NCBI GenBank assembly: GCA_964016885.1
Contig: OZ024742.1
Coordinates: 190,588,001 to 190,652,000, forward strand
Source: Eledone cirrhosa
Taxonomy: Eukaryota
Direction: 5' to 3'
DNA: 64,000 nt
Below, in pieces: positions 38,401 to 52,265 of this stretch. A model generated the notes under the pieces. It was not told where the DNA came from. It searched no databases and worked only from the letters and a program-made list of their open reading frames with translations. Position 1 is the first letter of the stretch; the number at the start of each line of letters is the position of its first letter. Made by a program: the position numbers and the translations under genes.

Positions 38401-39185
38401 TCAGCGCAAGATCAGTGTCTGCCAACAAAAAATTACCAAGCCAACATAATAAAAAATGGATGCAGCCCATTATGCCGTGTTTGCAAAAAACAACCAGAGC
38501 CCATTGACCATATAATTTCAATGTGCAGTCCTATAGCTCCAACCGAATACCTAAACAGGCATGACAGAGCTGCACAATACATACATTGGATAATGTGTAA
38601 GCATTTTGACCTGCCCCATCAAAAGAATTGGTGGGAGCATCAACCACCTCCCATACTTGAAAAAGATCACATCTCAATCTTGTGGAACTTTAGCATCCAA
38701 ACAGACCGAAAAATAGATGCAAATAGACCTGATATAATATTGAAGGACTTTAAAAAGAGGGTATGCCTGCTAATTGATATGTCCGTTCCAATAGACAAGA
38801 ATGTATCTATAAAAACATTTGAAAAATTGAGCAAGTATAAGGACCTGGAGATAGAAATTGGAAAAATGTGGAAATTGAGAACTAAAACAATACCAGTGGT
38901 TGTAGGCGCTCTAGGAATGATACCTAAGGGGTCTAATGATTACTTATCACAAATTCCAGGAAACCCGCGTATAGGAGAAATACAAAAGATAGTACTAATG
39001 GGAACTGCCCATATACTAAGGAAGATTCTGTGAATATAAGTACATCACAAGTCTAAACACTAAAGATGCATGTGTGAGTATGTATGTTCTTTCTTGAACA
39101 TGGCGGACCTTGTTGTCTCTTGAGGTCACTGGTTGTGACTTGGTGATAACTCGTATGAACATAAAGCAAGATAAATGCAACTGTA
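38400..39185 (+). mobile_element. 5'-truncated Dong/R4 LINE (CCHC plus restriction-like endonuclease) in (AAT)n
   Basis: AQDQ..CRVC...E..DHIISMC..YLNRHD..WNFSIQTD..NRPDII..IDMSVP..EKLSKYKDL..PVVVGALG. Confidence 0.88.
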
Positions 39186-39199
39186 ATAATAATAATAAT

Positions 39200-40605
39200 A
39201 ATATTCAGCAGCGATATATGTATGCAATTTGGTATTAATAAGTGTGGAGTCCTAGTGATTAAGTGGGATAAATTGAGCAGAAGCAACGGAATCCAGGTAC
39301 CAACAGGTGAGATGATAAAGGAAATTGACACTCTAGAAGGATACAAATATTTAGGTGTTCTGGAGGCAGATGACATCAAGAACAAAAAATGAAGGAATTG
39401 ATAAGATCTGAGTATATTAGGAATGTCATAAGTGCAGTGAATTCCCGAGTTATGTCTATTATTAGGTACAGTGCGGGAATTCTGAATGGAATGTTGCTGA
39501 ACAAAAAGAAATGGATAGGAAGACTAGGAAGCTATTGACTATCTACAACATGTTCCACAAGAGGAGTGATGTCGATATACTCTACTTAAAGAGATCTGAA
39601 GGTGGAAGAGGTCTTATCAGCATAGAGGACTGTGCTCAGATGGAGAAAAACAACCTGTACAAATACGTGACCGAGTAGGTACCCAATGCTCAGAATTGTA
39701 CTGCAGGAGCGAACAATAGACTAGGGGATGTCCAAGGAGGAAATAACAACAAGGAGGAAGATAACCTTTTTGAAAAATCACCTCATAGTACCTTCTTTGA
39801 GAAAACTGAATTTAGAGATCCACAGACGTGGAACTGGTTGAAAAGAGGAGACCTTAAAAAGGCTACAGAAGGAATGCTAATGGCTGCGCAAGAGCAGGCA
39901 CTCAAAACGAAGTGGGTGAAACACCATATTTACAAGGTGGAGGCTAGGCCACTGTGTAGGATCTGTGGAGAGAGAGAGGAGACTGTGGCTCACATTGTAT
40001 CCGAGTATAAACACCTAGCCCAGACTCACTATAAAGGCTGGAGACATGATGTGATGGGCAGGGTGATCCACTGGCACCTATGCAAAGTAAACAATTTACC
40101 ACATTCTGAGAAGTGGTATGAGCATAAACCAGAGGCGGTGATAGAAAACGATCAGGTGAAGGTACTATGGGATTTTAGGATACAGACGGAAAAGAAACTG
40201 GAACACAATAGGCCTGACCTGGTGGTTTTGGACAAGGAAAAAAGATCGTGCCTGATTGTGGATGTAGCCTGCCCATTTGACACGAGAGTGCAAGAAAAGG
40301 AGAGGGAGAAAATTAACCTATACCAAGATTAAAGTGGGAGGTAAAAAGGATTTGGAACTGCCATGAAGTCAGAGTCGTCCCGATTGTCATAGGCGCACTA
40401 GGTACTATCTCAAAAAGTCTCCAGGGATGGTTAAAGAAAATTGGCCCCTTCACACTTTTTGGAACGCTTCAAAAGGCATGCTTGCTGGGAACAGCAAGAA
40501 CCCTCCGATACGTCCTGAATATCTGAGGCTGCAGGTAGTGGCTTGATATTCATTTCAACAAACTTTCCAGTTAACTAACATCAATGGCTGAGACTCAAAG
40601 AACAA
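39200..40605 (+). mobile_element. Second 5'-truncated Dong/R4 LINE (RT end plus REL) in (AAT)n
   Basis: MQFGINKC..YKYLGVLE..DRKTRKLLT..GGRGL..AAQEQAL..CRICG..ETVAHIVS..RHD..WDF.IQT..NRPDLV..DVACPFD..PIVIGALG; contains stops and frameshifts. Confidence 0.88.
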
Positions 40606-41184
40606 TAATAATAATAGTAATAGTAATAATAATAATAATAATATTAATAATAATGATAAAAATAATAGGAATAATAATATTTTGGTGGTGGGGAAATTTT
40701 TATTTCACATTTTAAAATTCTGTATTTCAACCTCTTTTGCATAACTTTGAATTGTTTCCCTTTAATCATTTAGTTGCAATTTTATTCTACGTATTTTTGT
40801 TGTTTATGTTATCATTCGTATTATTATCACTATTAATTGTTATTAGTTGCTGCTGTTATTCTTCTTCTTCTTCTTCTTCTTCTTCTTCTTCTTCTTCTTC
40901 TTCTTCTTCTTCTTCTTCTTCTTCTTCTTCTTCTTCTTCTTCTTCTTCTTCTTCTTCTTCTTCTTCTTCTTCTTCTTCTTCTTCCAACTACATTACCATA
41001 CTCTTTCTTCCCAATCTGCTACTCCCTCAAATTAACACCCTCACCTGACCCAGCCACACCCACAACCATCATTAATAACATTTTATTATTACTTCTACCA
41101 GTAAGCGTATTCAGAATGTTTCAGCCCCTTAAACACTACTTATTACGTTTCCCAAGGCTTTGATATATATATATATATATAATA

Positions 41185-41251
<67 letters not shown>

Positions 41252-41341
41252 ATATATATATGTATATGCGTGTATACATGTGTGTGCATGTACGTATGTA
41301 TATATGTACATGCATATATATCATAAATACATGTATATAAA

Positions 41342-41438
<97 letters not shown>

Positions 41439-41540
41439 ATGTGTGTGTGTCTGTGTGTGTATGTGTGTGCGCGTGATTGTGTGTGTGTGTCTGTGCTTAT
41501 GTAAACATAAATAGGGAAATATTTTCCCATTTATTTATAT

Positions 41541-41646
<106 letters not shown>

Positions 41647-42736
41647 TTATTTATTTAATTATTTGTCATATATTTCTGTTATACATTTTATTGCAGTTTA
41701 TTATGTAAGTTTGTAAAAAATGTGTACTTGAATATTTCTTCATTAAAACAATCCTCAAGCAACGTTAGTCATGTAAACAAGCTTTCCATCTCAACCATTA
41801 CACTTCTTTTACATTTCACCCTTTAATGTCAACACACACTTTCCTGCTCTCATCATTACATGCCTTTCTCACTCCACCACCACTATTACCATCATCACTA
41901 TCAGCATCATAATATTTGAGGTGACTTTCTATTACATCATTGCTCCGTCATTTTTATTTTCAAGGAGGATTTCGTTAAAGTTTTATGTGTTTGTGGAATA
42001 CTCAGCCGCTTGCACGTTAATTTGAGTTGTAGGTTGTTTTCTCCCACCGAACTACTGGATTGCTCGTTGTCGAAACATACGTCGATGTATCTATATATTT
42101 AGTTGTTGTTTAGCTCTAGATGAGTCCTGGTCGAGCGGAATTAGGAACAGATTCTTAAACCGAGACAATGATGTCTATATATACATAGAAATACATCATA
42201 TAATTGATCTTTGCTCTTTTATGTCAATATTGTATGATTTGAGGCTCCTTCGGTTCCTAATCTAAAACTGGCTTCAGCCCCACAATTTCATGTAACCGCC
42301 CCTCATTTCCCAGAAATTCAAACTTTTGTTTATGGGTCTCTCATAGAAAAAAAAATAAAATAATAATAATAATAAATAAATAAACTGAAAAAAAAAAAAC
42401 CCAGCAAATTACAAAATGTACGTAATAAAGTTCATTTAGTGCACGAAATTGAAATTGACAATTTATATATAGAAAATTAAAATGCAAAATAAAACTGACT
42501 TTCTCATTATTACGCCGGTGTTTGGAACATTAATAATGTTTTATTCATACATTTATGATGGAAAGTGTTTAGATAAATTTACACTCTTTAATACAGTCTT
42601 GTATAGTAGAACCTGTTTAATGTGGTATGGTATCAAACTATATTTCACTGGAAAGGTAGATTTTAAATTTCAACAGTTAAAATACATTTATATTAAGATA
42701 TATTCTATCAAATCTTTATGTTGGTATATAATTCTT

Positions 42737-43090
42737 CGCACCGGTTGCCGTTTAGACCTCAGGCGTACTTGGACCCCGTACTGCCGAGCTTCACCGCAAG
42801 ATCAGAGCGTCGGCGGCCAGGCTGAGGAGGAAGCCCCGCGAGGTTAGGTGACTGTTGCAGCGAGTGTCATCGCCATCGTCCGGGGGAATGCTTTGGCCGT
42901 CTTGACTGCGGGGCGCAGAACTTCTGCCCTCTTGTCCTAGGCCTAAAGACCAATCCCCCTTCACCCCTCTCCTCTCTTCTGTGACAGCAGATCTCTTGCC
43001 ATACCCTCCCGTTGTTTTTCTTCTTTCTTTCTCTTTTTTTTCACTATATTTCCCTATTCGTTCGTTCCTTTTGTATCCCTTTTTTTATTA
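42737..43090 (+). pseudogene. 3' end of a CRE-like (early-branching, REL) non-LTR element
   Basis: GC-rich island translating GVLGPRT..PREV..LLQRVS.AIVRGNALAVL, typical of the CRE/SLACS-like C-terminus. Confidence 0.55.
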
Positions 43091-43132
43091 TTGCCGTCAT
43101 TATAGTTGCCATTATTATTGTTATTATTGCAT

Positions 43133-43490
43133 AGGGCGGTGGATTGGCAGTATCGGTAGAGGGTCGGACGCCATGCTTTCCAGCATAGTTACGTCCCTTT
43201 ACGATCTGAGTTCAAATCCCGCTGAGGTTGACTTTGCCTTTCATCCTTACAAGGTCGATAAAATAAAGTACCAGTAATGCACTGGGTATTTGCTGGCCTT
43301 GTGCCTAAAGTAGAAACAATTATTATTGTTATTATTGACTGAGTTCAAATCCCGCCGAGGTTAACTTTGACTTTCATCCTGACGGGGTCGATAAAATAAA
43401 GTACCAGTCACGCACTGGTGTCAATTTCATCGACTTTTCCCTCCCTCCAAAATTGCTGGCCTTGTGCCTATATAAGAAACAATTATTGTT
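43133..43490 (+). mobile_element. Meta-type SINE (full length, 43133-43330) plus 5'-truncated copy (43338-43490)
   Basis: GGGCGGTGGATTGGCAGTATCGG (A box)..GAGTTCAAATCCC (B box)..TTTGCCTTTCATCC..GTCGATAAAATAAAGTACCAG..GAAACAATTATT. Confidence 0.88.
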
Positions 43491-43676
43491 ACTGTAAATC
43501 GGCCCTTGTGGCCAATAAATGAAACCAGTATTGTTACTGTAAATAATATCATGTTTACACAGTGTTTATCATAAATAAATTGGTAAATATATTTACTTAA
43601 CTTTTAATGGCAGAAAAGCATTGTGACAATTTTTGCGACCTTTAAAAATTGATGGATGGGATAGGAAGAGAGAGGA

Positions 43677-43732
<56 letters not shown>

Positions 43733-44081
43733 CCTTGAATTTTTTAATAACCTCAGGCCATTACCAAGTCATAGGATCAAAATATGTCTGTAGGAAAGGA
43801 ATGGTAATTTTGTACATACACACACACAAACACTCACAAACACTCACACGCACTCACATTCACACACTCACACACAAACACTGTCACACACACATCACAC
43901 CACCTCCCTTCCTATGGGTCCCTTATAGATGAACATTAAAATACACAGCACATTCCCAAATTTACATATTAAAGTTCATTTAGTGCACGAAATTGAAATT
44001 GGCAATTTATACATACAAAATTTAAATGCAAAATAAAACTGACTTTCTCATTATTACGCCGGTGTTCATTATTACGTTTAA

Positions 44082-44257
44082 TAATTGTTTCTACTTTTGG
44101 CACAAGGCCAGCAATTACCCAGTACATTACTGGTACTTTATTTTATCGACCCCATAAGGATGAAAGGCAAAGTTAACCTCGGCGGGATTTGAACTCAGAC
44201 CGTAAAAAGATGTGACTATGCTGGAAAGCATGGCGTCCAACTCTCTACTGATACTGC
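44082..44257 (-). mobile_element. Meta-type SINE
   Basis: Consensus match in reverse complement. Confidence 0.85.
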
Positions 44258-45348
44258 CGTAATAATGCTTTATTTTTTCATTCATTTATCACGGAAGGTT
44301 TTTAGTTACATTTACACTCTTTAAAACATTTTTATATTGTAGAACCTGTTTAATGTGGTTCGGTATTAAACTGTTTTTCACTGAAAAGTTAGATGAAAGT
44401 CAAAAAGTTAGATTAAAATACACGTTTAAAATATATTTCATCAGATCTTTATAATGATAAATAATTTACTCACATGTTAGGAGCAAGAAAAACATTGGGA
44501 CAAAATTTGGTTACCTTTGGAAAAAAGATATGGGAGAGTAAGAGGGAGATAGAGAGAGAAAGAAAAACATCAGGGGAGGGATAGAACTTTAAGCGTTTGA
44601 ATTTCTTTAAATGCACCAATTCCCTATCTGTCATGATCTAAAATGATTGAAATAGCAATGGAATGGCCATGGTGTGCCACATCCACGTAAACAAGCACAT
44701 AACCACACATACACACATAAATATATATACACATCAAACGCCATCAATGATATATATATAACTATACATTCACCTATACATACACATGCGTATATATTGA
44801 CCATATACACCACTTCCACCTTATTGCCATCAATTGGTGTCAATAAAGTAGAGAAATTTTGATAAATTGGCATACAGATGACGTCAATTAGATTGTTAAA
44901 CACATAACCTCTAAAAGGGATAATTAGGTTCATAAACAGCGACCCTTTCTAGTTCTTTCTCAATAGATAGTAGAAGACTTGTTTGAAGAGGGGTGGTCCT
45001 GTTTGAAGGGGTGTCGTTGTTCGGGGAGGAGGAACTGGTCACATGTGGGCCATGTTGACGGTGGGGGGGGGGGGTGGGGGGGGGGGGCATTCATCCTTTG
45101 CATCCAGGAAAGAGGTGACTCTGGTTCCGTGATATAATTTCAGAATTTCATATATTTATTCAAGACATAATATAAGAATACTATTAAATGTCTACTCTTT
45201 GCTAAGTAGAAATATTTCTTTCTTTCAATTGTCATTCTCGTTATAAAACACTTTCAAGTACTTTATTAAAACATACTATACACTCACTATTGTCTATTCT
45301 TATCCCAGTATAACTACTTCACTCCTTTAGTTGTTCTCAGTATATAAT

Positions 45349-45537
45349 GGTTTCTTATATAGGCACAATGCCAGCAATTTTGGGGAAGGGGACTGGTACT
45401 TTATTTCACCGACCCTGTAAGGATGAAAGGCAAAGTTAACCTCGGCGGGATTTGAACTCAGATCATAAAGGGCCGTAACTCTATGCTGCAAAGCATAGCG
45501 TCCGCCCCTCTACCAATTCTGCCAATCCACCACCCTA
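45349..45537 (-). mobile_element. Meta-type SINE with TSD
   Basis: Consensus match; flanked by TTCTCA(G/C)TATATAAT on both sides. Confidence 0.85.
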
Positions 45538-46343
45538 TATTCTCACTATATAATAAACTGTGAAAGGAGTCATTAGAGCGGACAAAGTTGTCCGTAGGAG
45601 AATTCAGCCAAAGAAAAGCTTTCCTTGGTTGTGAAAAATTTTAGAACCACCTCATTTACAAATACAAGTCTGAATTATTATATAGATCCTCCGTTATTTA
45701 CAGCGGTGTTTATTACAAATGGTCAATGACGAAGCTACAAATGCCTAGTATTATACAGCGGATACCCACGGGGTACCACATATATATTACTTGGGAGCGT
45801 TCAACATTTCAAGTAATTTGTTAAAAATATAATATACACATGTTATTGTATATCTAATATCCTCTCTAAGTATACACGTTTCTCTCTCCCTTTCTTACAC
45901 ACACTATAATAACCTTGGATGAAACTAATTGCATTGTGGAAAAAAACCTTTAAAGAAAAGTAATTTTTGGTTGTGGGAATGCTCGAATTCCTCGGAATAT
46001 AATATCTGGCTGAGTATTTCACAGACACGTGTGCAATTTAATTCTCAGGCTCGTTCAACGTGTCAGTGTGTGATAAAGCTGTTTTTTTTTTTCGATTTAA
46101 CAAAGTAGAAAGGATAACTGACGATTTTGAAAATGAGCATTCCACTTGTTTGATCAATTGTACGGCTTGCTCATGAAATTTCGGTGTAATTTGTTGAGCA
46201 TTCCAGTCACGTGTATCCTTATCCGAATGGTAAGGGATGTTTAGCGTAGCATGGGTGTCAAGTCTGGTCATATGAATTACATGTACAGTCCATCTGACAA
46301 GCTTCGATATATAATTGTTTTTTTAGTTTTATTATTAAAGTAT

Positions 46344-46524
46344 TGGATTGGCAGTATCGGTAGAGGGTTGGTCGCCATGCTTTCCAGCATAGTTACGTCC
46401 CTTTACGGTCTGAGTTCAAATCCCGCCGAGGTTAACTTTGCCTTTCATAATTATGGTGTCGATAAAATAAAGTACCAGTAATGTACTGGGTAATTGATGG
46501 CCTTGTGCCAAAAGTGGAAACAAT
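46344..46524 (+). mobile_element. Meta-type SINE with TSD
   Basis: Consensus match; flanked by TTATTAAAGTAT on both sides. Confidence 0.85.
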
Positions 46525-47850
46525 TATTAAAGTATAGTTCGACTTCAGGCTACGGTAAAAGACACTTATATAAGATGTCTTGCATTAGGATCGAACATAG
46601 AAGTATACTTTTTAACCATTCCATCAGCCTCCATCCGTCCACTTATATTTACCGAATCTACCTTAATCTGACATCTCTTATGGGAGCGAGATATTTTTGT
46701 TATATTCAATTGACCGTAACGATAAGCTTGGCTGCTATACAGTATGTAAGTAAGTAGGCTCTTAATTCTGCCGTAAGCTGTTATAGAATCTACGACTGTT
46801 TACTATTACTTCCAATTTCATAGATGTGATTTTCATCTGACTTTATATAGAATCGCCGTTGTAGTCTAGTAAACATTACTTATAACTAATAGTCAGGCAC
46901 TTACGTTTTGATTTAATAAACTCTATAAATTCAAGACTGAGCTGTTCATATAGATTCTCTATACAGCAATAAACAGTGTGAGGACTGCAGAAAAATTGTA
47001 TAGGAATACGTTAGATAATATACAGAGTTCATAGACAAATATATCTTTTGTTACATATACACAGTAATCGCTGTAATTTGAATAGAAAAGTTTAAACCCG
47101 AGGTCCAGTTAACCTTCCATCCATTCGAAATTGATAAATAAAGTACATATTCATTAGTTACGTGGATTGTTCCTTTTTATCTCTTTCTCAGTTTCTCCTC
47201 TACATGCTCTCTCTTTCTCTGAGGAAATCTGCTGTGTTCGGACCAGGAAATGGCGGGAGGCTCCTTCAGGTTTAATTGCACGGGGTATTATGTGTAAAAA
47301 GAGAATTCTATCTCATTGGTTTTTAAAAACAGTCTGATTATCCGCTCTTCTACTGTGCATGTTTTTCTTTAATAGAAGACCAGCAGTTGTCGGTACATTC
47401 AAACGTACACCGTTCACGCCTCTGGTATTGGTAAAGTGATGTCATTGACATCAATGTTAGAAAGCAAAGAGCTGGAAACAAATACCAAAATCAACTCGTT
47501 TAACCTTCTTACATTTCCACACATTCATGGTAATTTAACGTCCCCAAAAGTATGATAGGCAAAGTTGATCACGGCAAGAATTGAACTCGGAGCCCACAAA
47601 GCTGGAATATCTAACACAAGACTCTCTACGACTACGTAAATTACAAATATGTAAATTATGACATAATGAAAATTTATATTCTCAGTGAAACCATGGGTGT
47701 TTCAGATAATTTCTCCAAATTTAAACATTTTCCTAAACTACATTTCCTGTCACTGACAATAACTCGTTTCTCTAGTAACTGGAATCTATTTCATAATCAA
47801 ATTATCACCGAAACATATAATATATGTATATATGTATATATATATATATG

Positions 47851-48035
<185 letters not shown>

Positions 48036-48226
48036 AATATAATGTGAACAGACAGACACAGACACAGACACACACGCGCGCGCGCGCGCATATATATGAT
48101 GAGTGTGTAGTATTTTTTTTTACTCTTGTAAAACATTAAATAATGCGATTCAAACTTTTTCACACAAATATAAATTCTAAGAAAAATTGCCAGATATTTA
48201 ATTTCGTTAGTATACGCATATATCTA

Positions 48227-48296
<70 letters not shown>

Positions 48297-48308
48297 CATA
48301 TATATCTT

Positions 48309-48423
<115 letters not shown>

Positions 48424-48789
48424 TGTGTGCTCAGAAACGCAGACATTTTCAAAAAGATGAAAGGAGCAATCGGAACATTATGACAAAAGAGAAAATTTCA
48501 TACTAAACGCACATTACATACATTAAAGATACATAGCGTCGCCATATTAAAAAGAAACAATATCAGACGAAGAAGACACACCAGCTGCAACTTATATAAA
48601 TGCACATAAATAATACGTTGGGACACATAGACCAGATGCGTGACACACGCATACATGTATATGTGTATATATGTGTATATATGTGTATATATGTGTATAT
48701 ATGTATATATATATATATATATAAATATATGAAAAGATTCAGGACACCAACGGCTCAGCTCCGGTCGTTTCGACAGCTAGATTCGAACC

Positions 48790-48846
<57 letters not shown>

Positions 48847-49071
48847 ATCGCACGTTCTCAAGTATAGCTCTTTTTACAAAACGTTTTTTTTTCCATTTCA
48901 GGTAGACACCTGCCATCATCCACTTTTCTAAAACACAAATCATACACAAAACGCCAGCACCAACAGTTTTGCAAGAGATGTCAACATGGATGGACCTGTT
49001 ATTTTTATCTAAAGACAATTTTTACAATTCCATCCCGCCCGTCATCTCAATCTATTTTATTTCTCATTCTT

Positions 49072-49107
49072 TCTTCTGGTGAAGGACTAGCGTCCGAAAT
49101 GTTAAGA
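49072..49107 (+). ncRNA. Minimal HHR with mutated core
   Basis: TCTT-CTGGTGA-AGGACTAGCGTCC-GAAATGTT-AAGA; stem II GGAC/GTCC. Confidence 0.6.
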
Positions 49108-49191
49108 CCCTCTTCCTGCTATATCAAGCTTTAACCTATTATATACCTTCCATATAGTGTATCGATTGTGTTGTTATTTCTGTTTACCTTT

Positions 49192-49263
<72 letters not shown>

Positions 49264-49410
49264 TGACATACTGTCATACATGCATGCATATTTATATTTT
49301 TCCTTTCATCATTACGGGGTCGATAAAATAAAGTACCAGTAATACACTGGCATAATTGCTGGTCTTGTGCCAAAAGTAGAAACAATATATATATGTATAT
49401 ATATATATAT

Positions 49411-49600
49411 CTAAGGCGGGTAAAATACCCGAGATCCATGGACGAGTTCTCTCCAGCGGTCTCTGTCCCTCATTATCGCTGCCATGTCATGCGTCTCCAA
49501 CAGACCAGTGTCTGTCCTTAGGGCATCAACATACGTTAACTTTGGTCTTCCTCTGCTAGTGTGTCCATGTAGGGGCTCCCAAAAGAGCACTGAGTGCAAT
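49411..49600 (-). pseudogene. RTE(-X)-like LINE 3' fragment
   Basis: VLFWEPLHGHTSRGRPKLTYVDAL..DTGL......MRDRDRWR. Confidence 0.75.
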
Positions 49601-49675
49601 GTCATATATGCATATATGCATGCATGTATGACTTTGTCATATAGGTATGTTTATATATATGTATATATATATATA

Positions 49676-49706
<31 letters not shown>

Positions 49707-50264
49707 GTGTCAAGGCAGGTGGCTTAGTGGTGTGAGAGTTGTATTATCATTTTGAGGTTCTAAGTTCAATTTGCGGATGTCTTATGCGTTGTCTACTTCA
49801 TCAACACACTATATTTCTCTAACTCTAGGGGTGACTGCTCTGTATGGGTGATAGCTCATTTTCCACAAAAGGCCCCCAATTTCATGGGTTATTCCTTGGG
49901 GATGAACATTCTGGGTGCAAAACCCATGGTCATTCGTCACCGACGGGGTCTTTTTTCATATATATATATATATATATGTGGATAAGGTGTTGGTGGGTAG
50001 TCCTAGGTTGATCAATAAATTCTGCGTGGAATTTGGTAGGGTGAAATTGTGGAAAAATCGTTCTATATATATATAAAGGTGTCGTTCACCAGAACTGAAC
50101 GTAGAACCAGATGATTGCGGTACAAACTACTTTCCAACTTTTTATTCATATATCAGCATTTCACTAAAATAGCTTATTGAATACACACGTGCTTTTATCA
50201 AAAATATTTTTTTCTGTTTCTTCCTCTTCTCACTCTTCTATTTCATCTTACATTTCTCATTCTA

Positions 50265-50300
50265 TCTTCTGACGAAAGACTAGTGCCTGAAACGTAAAGA
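50265..50300 (+). ncRNA. Minimal type I HHR lacking loop III (dimer-type)
   Basis: TCTT-CTGACGA-AAGACTAGTGCCT-GAAAC-GTA-AAGA. Confidence 0.7.
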
Positions 50301-50605
50301 CTCTTTCCCTACTATATATATTTATATGTAGATAAATCTACCAAAATATACGGTAGTGTCCAATCCGTATGAAGAACTCAATGTAATCCAAATATCATGA
50401 AAAGAAAAGATGTATTCAAAAATTTCTGAAGACAGCATATATATGTGTAGGCATGTATATTCCCTCTGATAGTTTGTGAAACTTTTACATAGATCTATAT
50501 GATATACATACCAACACACACATATATATCCTAGAAACGATCGTAAAATGATGAATTTTTTAATATAAGGAACTGTTTCTTTGTTTTTATTCATTGTTTT
50601 TATTA

Positions 50606-50690
<85 letters not shown>

Positions 50691-50704
50691 AAAATATAAA
50701 TAGT

Positions 50705-50735
<31 letters not shown>

Positions 50736-50785
50736 AAATGGGGAGAAGAATACTGCTGGTTGCACATGGATAACATATATGTATA

Positions 50786-52165
50786 TATTTATTAAAATAA
50801 CAGATTAAAGTTTAAGCAAAGAATCGCTGCTTTCACCCTTAACGGGATCTTTTGAAACTAACAAAGTTACACTGGGAGATCCTAGCTAGGGCTAGATCGT
50901 ATAACGGAAATAAAAGACCATGTGACCTCTGCGCCGCTGAGGCCCTGGAAATACTCTACGCCACAGACCACATCTTAAACAAAAAATCTGAGGCAATTTC
51001 GGTTTGTAAACATAAATTGCACAAAACTTTCCTGTATTACAGCCCCACGTTATACACTAACGGATAGTACGATTTATACGTGGATACTTTACGTCTTGAC
51101 GTGGGAGTTAAGTATATGTTTTGTTTATACCATTACTTATTTGGATAGGTAAGTTTATTTTACCCGTATGTCTTGTGAAGATACGTATACCTTCTCGTAC
51201 GTATATTTGATTGTTTATGTTATGGCGTATAATTTTATATATTCTGGTACATATGGTTTGGCTATGTGTATACGGGAGTTTTGCGTCTGTGTGAGTATGC
51301 AGGTTCGTACGTCTGTAGGGTGTGTGTATATGTGTACTTCACGTTTTGGTTGACTTACGTCTCCGAACATTCGTGTATTACATTTAGGTATGTGTGTGCG
51401 CTTGTTATATACGTATTTATTTATTTATATAAGTTTATATAATTATTTATTTATTTGTATACACGCATACACACATACACATATTTATATGTGCGTGGTT
51501 TTGTATACCAATGGTAAGTGTTTTGCGTATGCTTGTGTATGTACGTATTTGTTTGCGTGTATGTATTTATTTATTTCTATTACTTCTGTATTGTATTTAT
51601 TTACTTTATTCTTAACTCTGTATCTGAGATTCATTCGGTCTCCTAATTAGAATTTTAGTCTACGACTTCTGCTATACCATTTACGTGGTTTTGTCTTTGC
51701 GTGCTATTGTTCTCCCGCTCCACATATGACGTATTATCTTGTTTTTTTTCGTTCATTACCAGAGAACGTCTCTATGAACCACCTAAGAGAACATTAGTCT
51801 ACGACATCTTTTATACCATAAACGTGGTTCTGTCTTTGCGGGTAATTGTTTTTCACCGCTCCTATTAAGGACGTATTATATTCGTTTTTTCCCGTTCTTT
51901 GCCAGCGAACGTTACCACGAACCAAAGTATCGTCTTCCTGTCTTCCTCCGGTTGCAACGTTTTTTGAAATATCCACTTCTGCGTTTACATATTGACTTTG
52001 TTAGTTTCAGAAGATCCCGTTAAGGGTGAAAGCAGCGATTCTTTGCTTAAACTTTAATATGTTATTTTAATAAATATTTGCTCTACGGTTCTTATATATT
52101 TGATATATATTTATCCTTATCGAGCCCTCTTTGGATTTTAGTCTTCAAATTTATTATTATTACTC
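50786..52165 (+). mobile_element. 5'-truncated Naiad-type PLE (family H) with inverted terminal repeat
   Basis: 50786-50866 inverts 51996-52078; coding remnant 50870-51067 HWEILARARSYNGNKRPCDLCAAEALEIL..ILNKKSEAISVCKHK. Confidence 0.8.
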
Positions 52166-52265
52166 TATATATATATATATATATACATGTGTGTGTGTGT
52201 GTGCGTGCGTGTCTATGTATATATGTGAATCGTTTATCACTCTACATGGCTGAATACAATAAATG

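Larger units (their letters stand above)
42426..44460. repeat. Diverged direct duplication (~300 bp) at 42426-42725 and 43969-44460
   Basis: TAAAGTTCATTTAGTGCACGAAATTGAAATTG..AAAATAAAACTGACTTTCTCATTATTACGCCGGTGTT in both; the second copy is split by a SINE. Confidence 0.75.

Noticed and set aside
43133-43225. tRNA genes
   Set aside because: The A/B boxes belong to SINE heads, with no cloverleaf and an attached core and tail.
45680-47085. Decayed Tigger/pogo-like transposase on the minus strand
   Set aside because: Only vague peptide resemblance; no clear TIRs or catalytic motifs.
47360-47435. Possible small host exon (TTTTCTTTAATAG..GTATTG)
   Set aside because: Splice-like motifs alone, with no recognisable peptide or partner exons.
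50418-50490. Additional hammerhead (CTGAAGA..GAAAC)
   Set aside because: No stem III/NUH or stem I pairing follows GAAAC.
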